A DNA stretch of 64,000 nucleotides from a bacterium (lineage in GTDB: Bacteria; UBA8248). The DNA lies in contig CBDBEV010000001.1 in the NCBI GenBank assembly GCA_965204535.1, positions 2,854,777 to 2,918,776 on the forward strand, read 5' to 3'. Under the pieces are notes generated by a model. It was given only the letters and a program-made list of their open reading frames with translations. It was not told where the DNA came from and searched no databases. Position numbers and translations under genes: made by a program. Shown in pieces: positions 37,058 to 45,816 of this stretch; the first letter of the stretch is position 1, and the number at the start of each line of letters is the position of its first letter.

Positions 37058-38116
37058 TTAAAGCGTGACGGGCTGGCCCTCCTTGCACGAACGGTCCGCC
37101 GCCATGGTGAGGGCGAGCACCTCTCTCGCGTGCGCGCCCGTGGCGAGTCCCACCCCGCCGATTCCCAGGATGTGGCGCACGAAGGCGTCGGTTTCCTCCT
37201 TCATGGGGCCGAAGAACTCGCCCATCACGAAGTCCCCCGGCATGGCGGAACCCAGGAAGGCGACGTTCACCTGGTGTTCGGGCGTGTAGGGGCAGGGAAT
37301 CGGGTCCTCGGGCGCGAGGATGACGTCCCGGTGGGCGTCGTCCACGTTCAGCGAGCCTTTCGTGCCTTGGAGGTCGATCTCCATCGTCGCCGTATAGGCG
37401 GGCCAGTGGTGGGGCGGGAGCCAGCTCGTGCCCAGCGTGGCCACGCTCCCGTCGTCGAAGGTGACGATCATCCACTGGAAATCGTCGCGGTTGTATTTCT
37501 TGAACACGAAGCTCGCCGCGCGGGCGTAGACCTCGACGGGCTTTTTCCCCTCCATGTACCATAGGATGAGGTCGACCATGTAGGTGAGGGTGTTGATGGA
37601 GGGCGTGGTGTTGGGCGAGCGCCTCGCCACCGCCTCGCCCACCGCGCGGGTGACGTAGATCTTGCCGAGCGCCATCACGATGTCGCCGAGTTGTCCGGCG
37701 AAGGCCGCCTGCTTGGCGAGCAGAAAGCGCCTCCTGTAGCGCTGGGTGTAGCCCACGAAAATCTCGGCGCCCGACTCATCGGCCTTCGCCAGAATGTCGT
37801 CCGCCTCGTCCAGGTCCAAGACGAAGGGTTTTTCGATGAGCACGGGTTTTCCGAGTTTGGCCGCCAGGGCGGCGGGGCCGTGGTGGTACTCCTCGTCCGA
37901 GGAGACGATGACGGCGCCCACGCGCTCGTCCCGAATCGCCACCTCGTATTTTTCCGTCGCCACGTCGGCCCGCACCGACTCCGCGAGGCGGTCGAGCTTC
38001 TCGGGCACGATGTCGCACACGGCGAGGTAGTCCACCTGGGGGATTTGCGCGCAAGAATGCGCCCTGAGCGTTCCGATGCCGCCCGCGCCGATGACGGCTA
38101 CTCCTGTCGTTTTCAC
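37058..38116 (-). CDS. Gfo/Idh/MocA-family NAD(P)-dependent oxidoreductase
   Basis: 'GVAVIGAGGIGTLRAH...VDYLAVCD' Rossmann N-terminus. GTG 38116 is preceded by a GAGGAG Shine-Dalgarno; the ORF is open to 38290. Confidence 0.85.
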   Translation of the reverse strand: MKTTGVAVIGAGGIGTLRAHSCAQIPQVDYLAVCDIVPEKLDRLAESVRADVATEKYEVAIRDERVGAVIVSSDEEYHHGPAALAAKLGKPVLIEKPFVLDLDEADDILAKADESGAEIFVGYTQRYRRRFLLAKQAAFAGQLGDIVMALGKIYVTRAVGEAVARRSPNTTPSINTLTYMVDLILWYMEGKKPVEVYARAASFVFKKYNRDDFQWMIVTFDDGSVATLGTSWLPPHHWPAYTATMEIDLQGTKGSLNVDDAHRDVILAPEDPIPCPYTPEHQVNVAFLGSAMPGDFVMGEFFGPMKEETDAFVRHILGIGGVGLATGAHAREVLALTMAADRSCKEGQPVTL

Positions 38117-38212
38117 AATCGTCTCCTCACTTGAATTTGCATCCGGTTCATTCTGGGGGAATAATCCCCTCTGTCCAATATCAAGGTTCCCGTCATATAT
38201 CTGGAGAATTCC

Positions 38213-39190
38213 ATGCGCATCGATGTTCAGACCCATCATGTACCACAAGCCTACGTCAAAGCGCTCGCCGCCCGCTCCGATTTTCCGCACTACGAGAAGG
38301 CGGAGGATTTCTGGTGGGCGTGGGCGAGCCCGGATGAAAAGCTCCCGATGCGTTCTCCCGCGCTGGACATCTCCATCAAGCTCGCCGAAATGGATGAGCA
38401 GGAAATCGATATTGCCCTAATCAGCATGAACATTCCAGGCCCGGACCTCGCCAGAAGCCCCGGGGACGCGGACGAGCTCGCGCGAATCGGGAACGACGGG
38501 CTGGCCGAGGCGGCGGCGCTTCACCCGGGGCGGTTTCGCGGCTTGGCCTCACTCGGCTTCGGGGATATGGACGCGACCTGCCGCGAGCTGCAGCGCTGCG
38601 TGGACGATCTTGGTTTCGTGGGCCTGCAGGTGTTCTCCTACATCGGCGGCAGGCGCTACATCGACGACGCGGCCTATGAGCCCTTGTGGGGGCTATTGGC
38701 CGAGCGCGGCGTTCCGCTCGTGCTGCATCCGGGGCCTTCTCCCTCCGGGCCGCAGTACAAGGATCACTGGCTGGGGCCGATGATCGGCTTCATGTTCGAT
38801 GAGTGCCTGGCGGCGCTGCGGCTCATCCTGAGCGGCGTGCTGGAGCGCCACCCGAACCTCAAGGTGCTCCTGCCGCACGGGGGCGCGTCGCTCCCGCTGT
38901 TCATCGGGCGGGTGGACAACCTGAGTTCGCGCTACCGTGAGGATCAGGACCTCATCACACGCGACCCGAGCGAATACTTCGCGCGCTTCCACACGGACAC
39001 GGTGGTTCACTCCCAGACGGCGCTCGAATTTTCTCTCAAGGAGATGGGCGCATCGCGCATGATGTTCGCGAGCGACGCCCCCTGGGTGCCCGTGAAGCGC
39101 CACGCCGACATGATGGACGCGCTGGATATTTCTGCGGAAGACGCGGAACGAATCTGGAGCGGCACGGCGAAAGCGTTTTTCGGTTTGTAG
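38213..39190 (+). CDS. Amidohydrolase-2 family protein (ACMSD-like decarboxylase/hydrolase)
   Basis: 'MRIDVQTHHVP' and 'LLPHGGASLP...FASDAPW' fit the amidohydrolase_2 pattern. Confidence 0.8.
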   Translation: MRIDVQTHHVPQAYVKALAARSDFPHYEKAEDFWWAWASPDEKLPMRSPALDISIKLAEMDEQEIDIALISMNIPGPDLARSPGDADELARIGNDGLAEAAALHPGRFRGLASLGFGDMDATCRELQRCVDDLGFVGLQVFSYIGGRRYIDDAAYEPLWGLLAERGVPLVLHPGPSPSGPQYKDHWLGPMIGFMFDECLAALRLILSGVLERHPNLKVLLPHGGASLPLFIGRVDNLSSRYREDQDLITRDPSEYFARFHTDTVVHSQTALEFSLKEMGASRMMFASDAPWVPVKRHADMMDALDISAEDAERIWSGTAKAFFGL

Positions 39191-39200
39191 AGCGCTGGTT

Positions 39201-39656
39201 TTATGTGTCGCTTCTGAGCAGCATGCGCTTAACATCGTATTCGAGCACCACCTCGCCGTTCTGGTTGCGCACCCTCTGGTGTGTTGCGACGACGCCGCGA
39301 TCGGGCCTGCTTTTGGAGGGGCGCACGTCGGTCGTCTCGACTTCCACCGTGAGCGTATCGCCCACGTAGACAGGCGCGCGCGCCACGAGGCCGTCCACGC
39401 CCAAAAGCGCTATCGCGTAATCGTGCAAAACGCCCGTCTGGACGATGAGGGTATCCGCGATGCCGCAGGTGAAAAGAGCCGGGGCCATGCGCCTTTCGTG
39501 GCCTTTCCCCCTCAAGAACTCCATGTCGAGGAACAGGCTTTCCGTATAGCCCACGAGGTTGACGTAGTTCACCACGTCGGTCTCGGTGATGGTCCTGCCC
39601 CGGGTGGTGAATTTGCTCCCGACTTCCCATTTTTCGAACGCGACGCCTTCGCTCAT
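39201..39656 (-). CDS. MaoC-family (R)-hydratase/dehydratase (single hot-dog)
   Basis: 151 aa with 'GRTITETDVVNYVNLVGY' and 'YVGDTLTVEVE', typical of MaoC-like hot-dog folds. Confidence 0.85.
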   Translation of the reverse strand: MSEGVAFEKWEVGSKFTTRGRTITETDVVNYVNLVGYTESLFLDMEFLRGKGHERRMAPALFTCGIADTLIVQTGVLHDYAIALLGVDGLVARAPVYVGDTLTVEVETTDVRPSKSRPDRGVVATHQRVRNQNGEVVLEYDVKRMLLRSDT

Positions 39657-39809
39657 GAAACCTGAAACCTCCCGAATAGTTGTGTGATTCCGCGGGAGGC
39701 GATTCTACAGGCGGGCGCGTAAATCTTCAAAGTTCGCGCGCTCGATAGTGCCTCACTTATAAAATAGGAACATCGCAAAGGCGGGATATGAAACTGGCGG
39801 GTTCCGGTC

Positions 39810-40037
39810 TCAGCCTCCGGTGCGCTCGATGAGCACTTTCTGCCCTTCGATGAGCGCCTTGAGCGCAGACATGTTCTCTTCTCTGCTAGTCCTGATCTCT
39901 TCCATATTCTCCATGTGCCGCCGAATGCTTTCCTGTTCCCTGCGTTCGGTCCCTTTTCTCATGGAGTGAATGCCGTAGAAAATCAGCCCAAGACCGATGT
40001 ACTGCCCGAAGATGCTGAACATTTCATAGGAAGTCAT
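39810..40037 (-). CDS. Small single-TM protein, third member of the 14403/14745 family
   Basis: 75 aa: 'MTSYEMF' then the TM helix 'SIFGQYIGLGLIFYGI', then 'HMENMEEIRTSREENMSALKALIEGQKVLIERTGG'. It shares the MTxY start, the topology and the ENMxALKxLI...RTG tail. A GGAGAT Shine-Dalgarno precedes the ATG. Confidence 0.55.
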   Translation of the reverse strand: MTSYEMFSIFGQYIGLGLIFYGIHSMRKGTERREQESIRRHMENMEEIRTSREENMSALKALIEGQKVLIERTGG

Positions 40038-40422
40038 GGTATCTCCTTTCCATAGGCGTCTTCTATTCTCCGTTAAATTTTCAAGAAGCGTCAAGGCCTC
40101 TCTTGAATATATCTGATTGATAGAACCATTTTGCCATTGCATCATTCTCCCGCCAAATATCTGCATGTGGTCCCGTAAGTCGGGTCTCCCGCTGAATACA
40201 AAACCGCTCCTGCGGGAATAAGCAGGACCTCACATCAACGTGCGGATGTTTGGCGACCGACCCGGCTTCGCTGAGAGGCGCTTTGTGATGAAACAGGGTA
40301 ATCATTAAAATATCAATAAGTTAGGTGAGATGGAACCCGGCGGCGTCGAATAGTATAATAAGCAGGTCGCTGGTTCACGTCTTTTCCCGGCAAACGGGTA
40401 AAGCTACAGGGGAGACGGACAG

Positions 40423-41163
40423 ATGAAGCGCTATGGGGTCATCATTGCATTGAGTGCTTTGGCGGTTGTTTTTCTGATCAATTCTGCGGCGGCGGATGAC
40501 CGTCGAGGCAGGCGCCACGGAATCAAGCGGCACCATAAATACAAATCGCACCGGCACCACAGAGCGCATCAGCATCGCAAATGGCATCGCCATCATCGCC
40601 GTCCCCGCGTCATCGTTCGCCATAATTTCTGGTACGGCTATCCTGCCTGGTATGGCTATCCGGTCTGGACCGGCCCGCGCGTCATTTATCGCCCCTACCC
40701 GCGTGAGCGCTACGTCTATCATTCGACGGGCGATGATTGCGCGGTCTATTACACGAACAACGACAACGAGGTTCTCGGCTCGGTCATCGGCGCGATCGGC
40801 GGCGGCGTCATCGGGCATCAACTCGGCAAGGGAAGCGGTCACGGACTGGCCACCTTCGCGGGCGTGCTTCTCGGCAGCGTGGTGGGCGGGCAGATCGGGC
40901 GCGACCTGGACGAGGCCGAGCGGCTCAGGCTCGCGAGCGCCACGCAGTACGCGCTCGAGAACCAGCGCTCCGGCACGCGCACCGTTTGGGACAACCCCGA
41001 CAGGCGGGTCTGCGGCGTCGTCGTTCCCAGGCCGGCCTTCAAGAACGAACTCGACCAGTACTGCCGGGAGTTCCAGCAGACGATCGTCGTAGACGGCAAA
41101 AAGCAAAACGCCTACGGCACCGCCTGCAGGCAGCCCGATGGACAGTGGAAGATCGCCAACTAG
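40423..41163 (+). CDS. Secreted His/Arg-rich protein with a glycine-zipper (17-kDa surface-antigen-like) segment and a Cys-containing C-terminal domain
   Basis: A signal peptide 'MKRYGVIIALSALAVVFLINSAAA', then an 'RHHKYKSHRHHRAHQHRKWHRHHRRPR' tract, then the glycine zipper 'GSVIGAIGGGVIGHQLG...GVLLGSVVGGQIG', then a 'surface antigen'-like tail. Confidence 0.75.
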   Translation: MKRYGVIIALSALAVVFLINSAAADDRRGRRHGIKRHHKYKSHRHHRAHQHRKWHRHHRRPRVIVRHNFWYGYPAWYGYPVWTGPRVIYRPYPRERYVYHSTGDDCAVYYTNNDNEVLGSVIGAIGGGVIGHQLGKGSGHGLATFAGVLLGSVVGGQIGRDLDEAERLRLASATQYALENQRSGTRTVWDNPDRRVCGVVVPRPAFKNELDQYCREFQQTIVVDGKKQNAYGTACRQPDGQWKIAN

Positions 41164-41324
41164 CCCGCTGACGCTTAAGTGGGTTGTTGAATAACCCCTG
41201 GATGCGACCCCTGCACAAACCGCCAACGCCTCTTTCCTCACCCTGAGTAGCCGCCGGAGGCGGCGTATCAAAGGGTGAGAGGAGTTGAACGCCTCGCGCC
41301 GGGCGGAGCAATCGCTTCCGCATT

Positions 41325-41635
41325 GGGGCTGTTGAAAAACCCTGGAACACTGGATTTGTCGTATATAACTGACCGACGAGAGAGAAAAATCACTCCCCCC
41401 TTGAGGGTCGGGCTTCCCGAGGGGAAAGCCCGACAGAAGCCGAGCGTTTTTTGCGAAGGCTGATGCGGTGGGGGGTGAAATGCGTTTTATCGCCATTGCG
41501 AATTATACCCCCCACCGAATCGCTTGCGGGCTTACGCCCTTAGCTCTTCGTCTGGCTTTCCCCTCGGGAAGCCCGACCCCCTCAAGGGGGGAGTGAAATC
41601 TAGCGCGCTCCTTCTGTGGGTTTTTCAACAGCCCC
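41325..41635. mobile_element. MITE-like element (copy C) with IS-like ends and a long nested-hairpin cargo
   Basis: Ends are GGGGCTGTTGAAAAACCCTGG and GTGGGTTTTTCAACAGCCCC. GCATT lies on both flanks (41320-24 and 41636-40). Confidence 0.65.
41391..41596. repeat. About 206-bp long imperfect palindrome: 50-bp arms plus an inner 11-bp inverted repeat
   Basis: TCACTCCCCCCTTGAGGGTCGGGCTTCCCGAGGGGAAAGCCCGACAGAAG is mirrored at 41546-41596. The inner pair is CGGTGGGGGGT / ACCCCCCACCG, at 41467-77 and 41508-18. Confidence 0.7.
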
Positions 41636-41750
41636 GCATTAGGCGCGATTGACCTTCGATACGCGACTTCGCCGCTACTCAAGATGAGGCGACGGGGAGA
41701 CCCTGCGCACCGAATCACGAAATCAGGGCTTATTCAAGAAATCCCTAAGC

Positions 41751-42791
41751 CTAGTCCATCACGATGACCGCGCGGCCCGTGACGGCCGCGACTTCCAGCC
41801 GTTCGTGCACTTTTTCCACCTCTTCGGCGTTGAACGAGTAGGTCTCCGTCACCACGGGCCAGACGTCGCCCCGCGCCACCAGATCGAGCGATTCCTTGAG
41901 TTCCTGTTTCGAACAGTATCGGCTGCCCAAGAGTTCGAGTTCTTTCGTCACCATATCGCGCGCCGCGGCCTGGAACGGCTGCCCCGTGCCGCCCAGCGTC
42001 ACCAGGCGCCCGCCGATTCCCAGGGATTGAACGCCCGCTTCCATCGTGGCGGCGGAGGAGACGAAGTCGACCACCACGTCTACGCCCTCCCCGTTCGTCA
42101 AGTCCATGAGCGCGCCAGCCACGTCTCCCTGGGATGCGTCGACGACCTCGTCCGCGCCCACGTCGCGGCACTTGCCCAGCTTGTTCGCCGCGGCGTCCAC
42201 GGCGATGACCCTCGCGTGCGCCCACTTCGCCATCATCACCATGTGGATGCCCACGCCGCCGCCCGCGCCGATGACGGCCACGTTCTCGAGCGGCGCGATG
42301 CGCGCGCGCTTCGTTACTTTATACGGGGTGGCTATCGCGTCGCAGATAACGGAGACCTCCGCCGCGTTATTCTCGTAATCCAGCCCGGCGGGGATTTTGA
42401 TGAAATTCCGTGCGGGCAGCTTGATGTATTCGGCATAGGCGCCCTGCACCTGGCGGCCGATGTAGCCCGTGAAGTTCTCGCACAGCGTTTCGCGGTTGAT
42501 AAGGCACCACTTGCACCTCCCGCACGTGACGTAGAAATGGGCGGTCACCGCGTCGCCCTCCTGGAGGCCCTCCACGCCTTCGCCCAGGGCGGTGATGACG
42601 GCGGTGATCTCATGGCCGATGATGAGGGGATAGGTCACATCGGGCACCCGGCCCATGCGGGCGTGGTGGATGGTCAGCCCCGCGCCGCATGCCAGTACCT
42701 TCGCGACCGCCTCCCCCGGCCCCGCCACGGGGTCCGGATATTCTTCCTCGACAAAGGGTTCTCCAGGTCCTCTCAGCACCATCGCCTTCAA
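41751..42791 (-). CDS. Zn-dependent alcohol dehydrogenase-family oxidoreductase (MDR)
   Basis: 'GHEITAVITALGEGV', 'CGRCKWC' and 'VIGAGGGVG' motifs. Confidence 0.9.
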   Translation of the reverse strand: MKAMVLRGPGEPFVEEEYPDPVAGPGEAVAKVLACGAGLTIHHARMGRVPDVTYPLIIGHEITAVITALGEGVEGLQEGDAVTAHFYVTCGRCKWCLINRETLCENFTGYIGRQVQGAYAEYIKLPARNFIKIPAGLDYENNAAEVSVICDAIATPYKVTKRARIAPLENVAVIGAGGGVGIHMVMMAKWAHARVIAVDAAANKLGKCRDVGADEVVDASQGDVAGALMDLTNGEGVDVVVDFVSSAATMEAGVQSLGIGGRLVTLGGTGQPFQAAARDMVTKELELLGSRYCSKQELKESLDLVARGDVWPVVTETYSFNAEEVEKVHERLEVAAVTGRAVIVMD

Positions 42792-42920
42792 TGGGCGTCC
42801 TCCTCAAATAAATGAATGGGATTTCAGTCACGCGATTACAACACACGGGAGAGCGCCTAGGCAACGAGGAGCGGATGGCGTACCCTCACGGGGCGGCGTC
42901 CGAAGGGAAAGCGAGAGAAG

Positions 42921-43304
42921 ATGAACGAACCCCCCGTAAGTGAAGAGAGAGTGTTCGACGCGCAGCGCGCGGCCAGGACCACGCTGCTGGTCGGCGCGTT
43001 GCTCATCGTCTTCACCGCGTCTGCGATGTATATGGACCAGCCGGGCAGGGTGGGCTACGGCTGGGCGACGCTGGGGGCGGGAGCGGCCCTGGGCCTGTTC
43101 GGGCTGGCGACACTGCGGGGGTTCGCGTGGTGTAGTTATCTCTCGGTCCTTGTTCTGGGCGTGTTCGATTTCATCTGGATGGTGCGGGTGCTCGAGGGTT
43201 TCGACGTCGGCCTCGCCATCTGGATAGCGATATGCTTTTTCGCCATCCGCGAGATATGGCCGGGCATCGACGAGAAATTTCCGTGGGTGAAGCGCAATCC
43301 CTGA
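42921..43304 (+). CDS. Hypothetical integral membrane protein (about 4 TM segments)
   Basis: 127 aa with four hydrophobic stretches (LLVGALLIVFTASAMYM, ATLGAGAALGLFGLATL, YLSVLVLGVFDFIWMV, LAIWIAICFFAI). No domain recognised. Confidence 0.5.
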   Translation: MNEPPVSEERVFDAQRAARTTLLVGALLIVFTASAMYMDQPGRVGYGWATLGAGAALGLFGLATLRGFAWCSYLSVLVLGVFDFIWMVRVLEGFDVGLAIWIAICFFAIREIWPGIDEKFPWVKRNP

Positions 43305-43330
43305 GGGCGCGTCCGCGAGGCTACAACGTA

Positions 43331-44437
43331 TTACATTCTTTCCATCACGTATCGAACGCACTCGAAATGACGCGGTGCATTGCTAGGCGCGAATTCAGGC
43401 GCGTTCAGGGCCCATAGCGGCACGATGCTCTCATGCAGCGAGCCGTGGCTTCTGAGCCTGACCTCGCGCTCGGCTTCTTCCATCACGCCGAATACGGTCT
43501 CTGAATCAGCCAGCACCATGACCTCGCCCACCCGCCCGGGCATCAACTGGAAGCGCGCGGCGGCCTCTTGACGCGTGAGCGCATCGTCGATGCCGGGGTG
43601 CGCTTTCAGAATGGCGATGGCCTCGGCAAGTGAATCCTCGTTTTCCAGGTGGACATAGGCGGCGCCGCCCTGGTTGCCGTGGTGGACGACGTAGCGGTCC
43701 TTGATGATGGGCACGGCTTCCGCGCCGACGCCCTCAGCTCTCACAATGACGCCCGGATCGAGCGCCCGCGTCTTATCAAGCATGCCGTGGTCGGCGGTGA
43801 TGAAGATCGCCCCGTCCTTGTGAATACGCAACCAGCTATCGACGAGTTTTCCGACTTCCGCATCAAGCGCGGCGTGGTGCGCCTGCGCCTCTTCGCTTTC
43901 AGGGCCGTATTTGTGCTGCATGTAGTCCGTCGTGGTGACGTAGAGAAGGTCCGGTTTTTCCTCTTCCAGCACTGTGCGCGCCGCCCGCAGGAGCCAGAGG
44001 TTCACGGCCCCGCTGTATATCTCCTCTTTAGGCCCTGCTATTCGGGTGAGCCACTCCGGCGGGTCTTCCGCGGTGACGACCGTCTCCGCTCCTTTGCCTA
44101 TCATGTCGCAGAGCTTTTGTTTGGACGCCAGGACGGCGGTCTTACGTCCCGCCGCGCTGCCCGTCTCCATGAGGGTGGGCGCAAGAACGAAATCCCCCGA
44201 TTCCATATAGACTTCCTCGCCCGTCTCTGCGTTCAGGAAGTAGTTGGCCGTAATGCCGTGCGCGGCGGGGGGCGCGCCGCAGATCATCGAGACGTTGTTC
44301 ACGTTGGTGACAGAGGGCATCTGGCACGAGACGGTGTAGCGTGCCCCCTCGCTCTCGATTCTGTCGAGATTCGGCGTGTGGGAGGCTTCGAAATAGGCGG
44401 GGTCGCCCCCGTCGATCAGGATGATGAGAGCGCGCAT
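43331..44437 (-). CDS. Alkaline-phosphatase-superfamily protein, phosphonoacetate-hydrolase/NPP-like
   Basis: 'LIILIDGGDPAYF', 'MPSVTNVNNVSMICGAPPAAHGITANYF' and 'ITADHGM' fit the nucleotide pyrophosphatase / PhnA-like branch. Confidence 0.7.
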   Translation of the reverse strand: MRALIILIDGGDPAYFEASHTPNLDRIESEGARYTVSCQMPSVTNVNNVSMICGAPPAAHGITANYFLNAETGEEVYMESGDFVLAPTLMETGSAAGRKTAVLASKQKLCDMIGKGAETVVTAEDPPEWLTRIAGPKEEIYSGAVNLWLLRAARTVLEEEKPDLLYVTTTDYMQHKYGPESEEAQAHHAALDAEVGKLVDSWLRIHKDGAIFITADHGMLDKTRALDPGVIVRAEGVGAEAVPIIKDRYVVHHGNQGGAAYVHLENEDSLAEAIAILKAHPGIDDALTRQEAAARFQLMPGRVGEVMVLADSETVFGVMEEAEREVRLRSHGSLHESIVPLWALNAPEFAPSNAPRHFECVRYVMERM

Positions 44438-44459
44438 GCGGAACCGGGAGCCTGCCGAA

Positions 44460-45740
44460 TCAGCCGAGACGCCTTAAAGCCTTGGCGCCGATGTCTTTTC
44501 GGAAATAAACGTCTTCCCAGTAAATCAGGTCGCACGCCTCATAGGCGCGCGCGATGGCGGTGCGGATGTCCATCCCGCGCGCGGTGACGCCCAGCACACG
44601 GCCGCCTGCGGTCACGACTTCTCCTTCGTCGTTCAGGCTCGTTCCGGCGTGAAAGACGTGGACGCCGGGCAGGGCGTCGGCGTCTTCGATTCCCTGTATC
44701 GCGTCGCCGCTCCGGTAGGCGTCCGGGTAGCCGCCCGCCGCCATGACGACGCAAACGGCGGCGTCGTTCGAGTAGCGGATGGTCGTCTCGTGCAGCTTGC
44801 CCTCCACGCACGCCATGAGGACGGGCAGCAAGTCCCCCTCCATGCGGGTGAGCAGGGGCTGGCATTCGGGGTCGCCGAAGCGGCAGTTGAATTCCAGCAC
44901 CTTCAAATCATCGCCCTGCACCATGAGGCCGGCATAAAGAACGCCCCGATAGGGGGTGCCCCGCCTCGCCATGGCGCGGATGGCGGGCTTGACCACGGTT
45001 TCGAGCGTGCGTTCCTCCAACGCGCCCGAGAGCACGGGCGCAGGCGAATACGCACCCATGCCGCCCGTGTTGGGGCCGGTGTCGCCCTCGCCGATAGCCT
45101 TGTGATCCTGCGCCGAAGCCATCGGGAGCGCGGTTTCTCCGTCTGCGAAGGCGAGAAAACTCGCCTCCTCGCCCTCCAGGAATTCCTCGACCACGCACTT
45201 GGCGCCCGCATCGCCGAACGCTCTTTCCTCCATGATTTGCGCGATGGCCGCATGCGCGCTCGATGAGTCTGCGCAAAGGAGCACGCCCTTGCCGGCGGCG
45301 AGACCGTCCGCCTTCACCGCCCATGCGCCGCCGCGCTCTGATACGAAATCTCTGGCTGCGCCTGCATCCTCGAAGACGCCGTAGGCGGCGGTGGGGATTC
45401 CCGCCTCGTCCATCAGGGCTTTGGAGAACGCCTTGCTCGCCTCGATGCGGGCGGCCTCGGCGGATGGACCGAACGCGGGGATTCCGAGCGCTTCGAGTTC
45501 ATCCACCAGCCCCAGGGCGAGGGGGGCTTCGGGGCCGACGACGACCAGGCCCGGAGATTCTTCTTTCGCCAGCGAGAGAAGACCAGCGATGTCCTCCGCG
45601 CCGACGGGTACATTCCGCCCGACCCGGGCGGTGCCCGCGTTACCGGGCGCGCAGACTATCGTCTCCACGTCCGGGCTTTGGCTGAGCTTCCAGGCCAGGG
45701 CGTGCTCGCGACCGCCCCCGCCGACAATGATGACCTTCAT
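44460..45740 (-). CDS. purD: Phosphoribosylamine--glycine ligase
   Basis: 'MKVIIVGGGGREHALAWKL', 'KADGLAAGKGV' and 'EFNCRFGDPE'. ATG 45740 was chosen. Confidence 0.95.
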   Translation of the reverse strand: MKVIIVGGGGREHALAWKLSQSPDVETIVCAPGNAGTARVGRNVPVGAEDIAGLLSLAKEESPGLVVVGPEAPLALGLVDELEALGIPAFGPSAEAARIEASKAFSKALMDEAGIPTAAYGVFEDAGAARDFVSERGGAWAVKADGLAAGKGVLLCADSSSAHAAIAQIMEERAFGDAGAKCVVEEFLEGEEASFLAFADGETALPMASAQDHKAIGEGDTGPNTGGMGAYSPAPVLSGALEERTLETVVKPAIRAMARRGTPYRGVLYAGLMVQGDDLKVLEFNCRFGDPECQPLLTRMEGDLLPVLMACVEGKLHETTIRYSNDAAVCVVMAAGGYPDAYRSGDAIQGIEDADALPGVHVFHAGTSLNDEGEVVTAGGRVLGVTARGMDIRTAIARAYEACDLIYWEDVYFRKDIGAKALRRLG

Positions 45741-45816
45741 CGGATGTTCCCGTGAGAAAATAGTGATGCCCACAACCTAAGGCGGCGCAAAAAAGGTGTC
45801 AAACGATCTGGACGCA

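Noticed and set aside
40166-40423. A sigma-54 (-24/-12) promoter for the NtrC-type activator: TGGCG...GGC near 40245, TGGTATCGTGGCTGTGC near 14330, and others.
   Set aside because: None has the required GG-N10-GC spacing with the TGGCAC/TTGCA context. The only good TGGCAC (50910) is one arm of the CIRCE palindrome. No target promoter can be supported.
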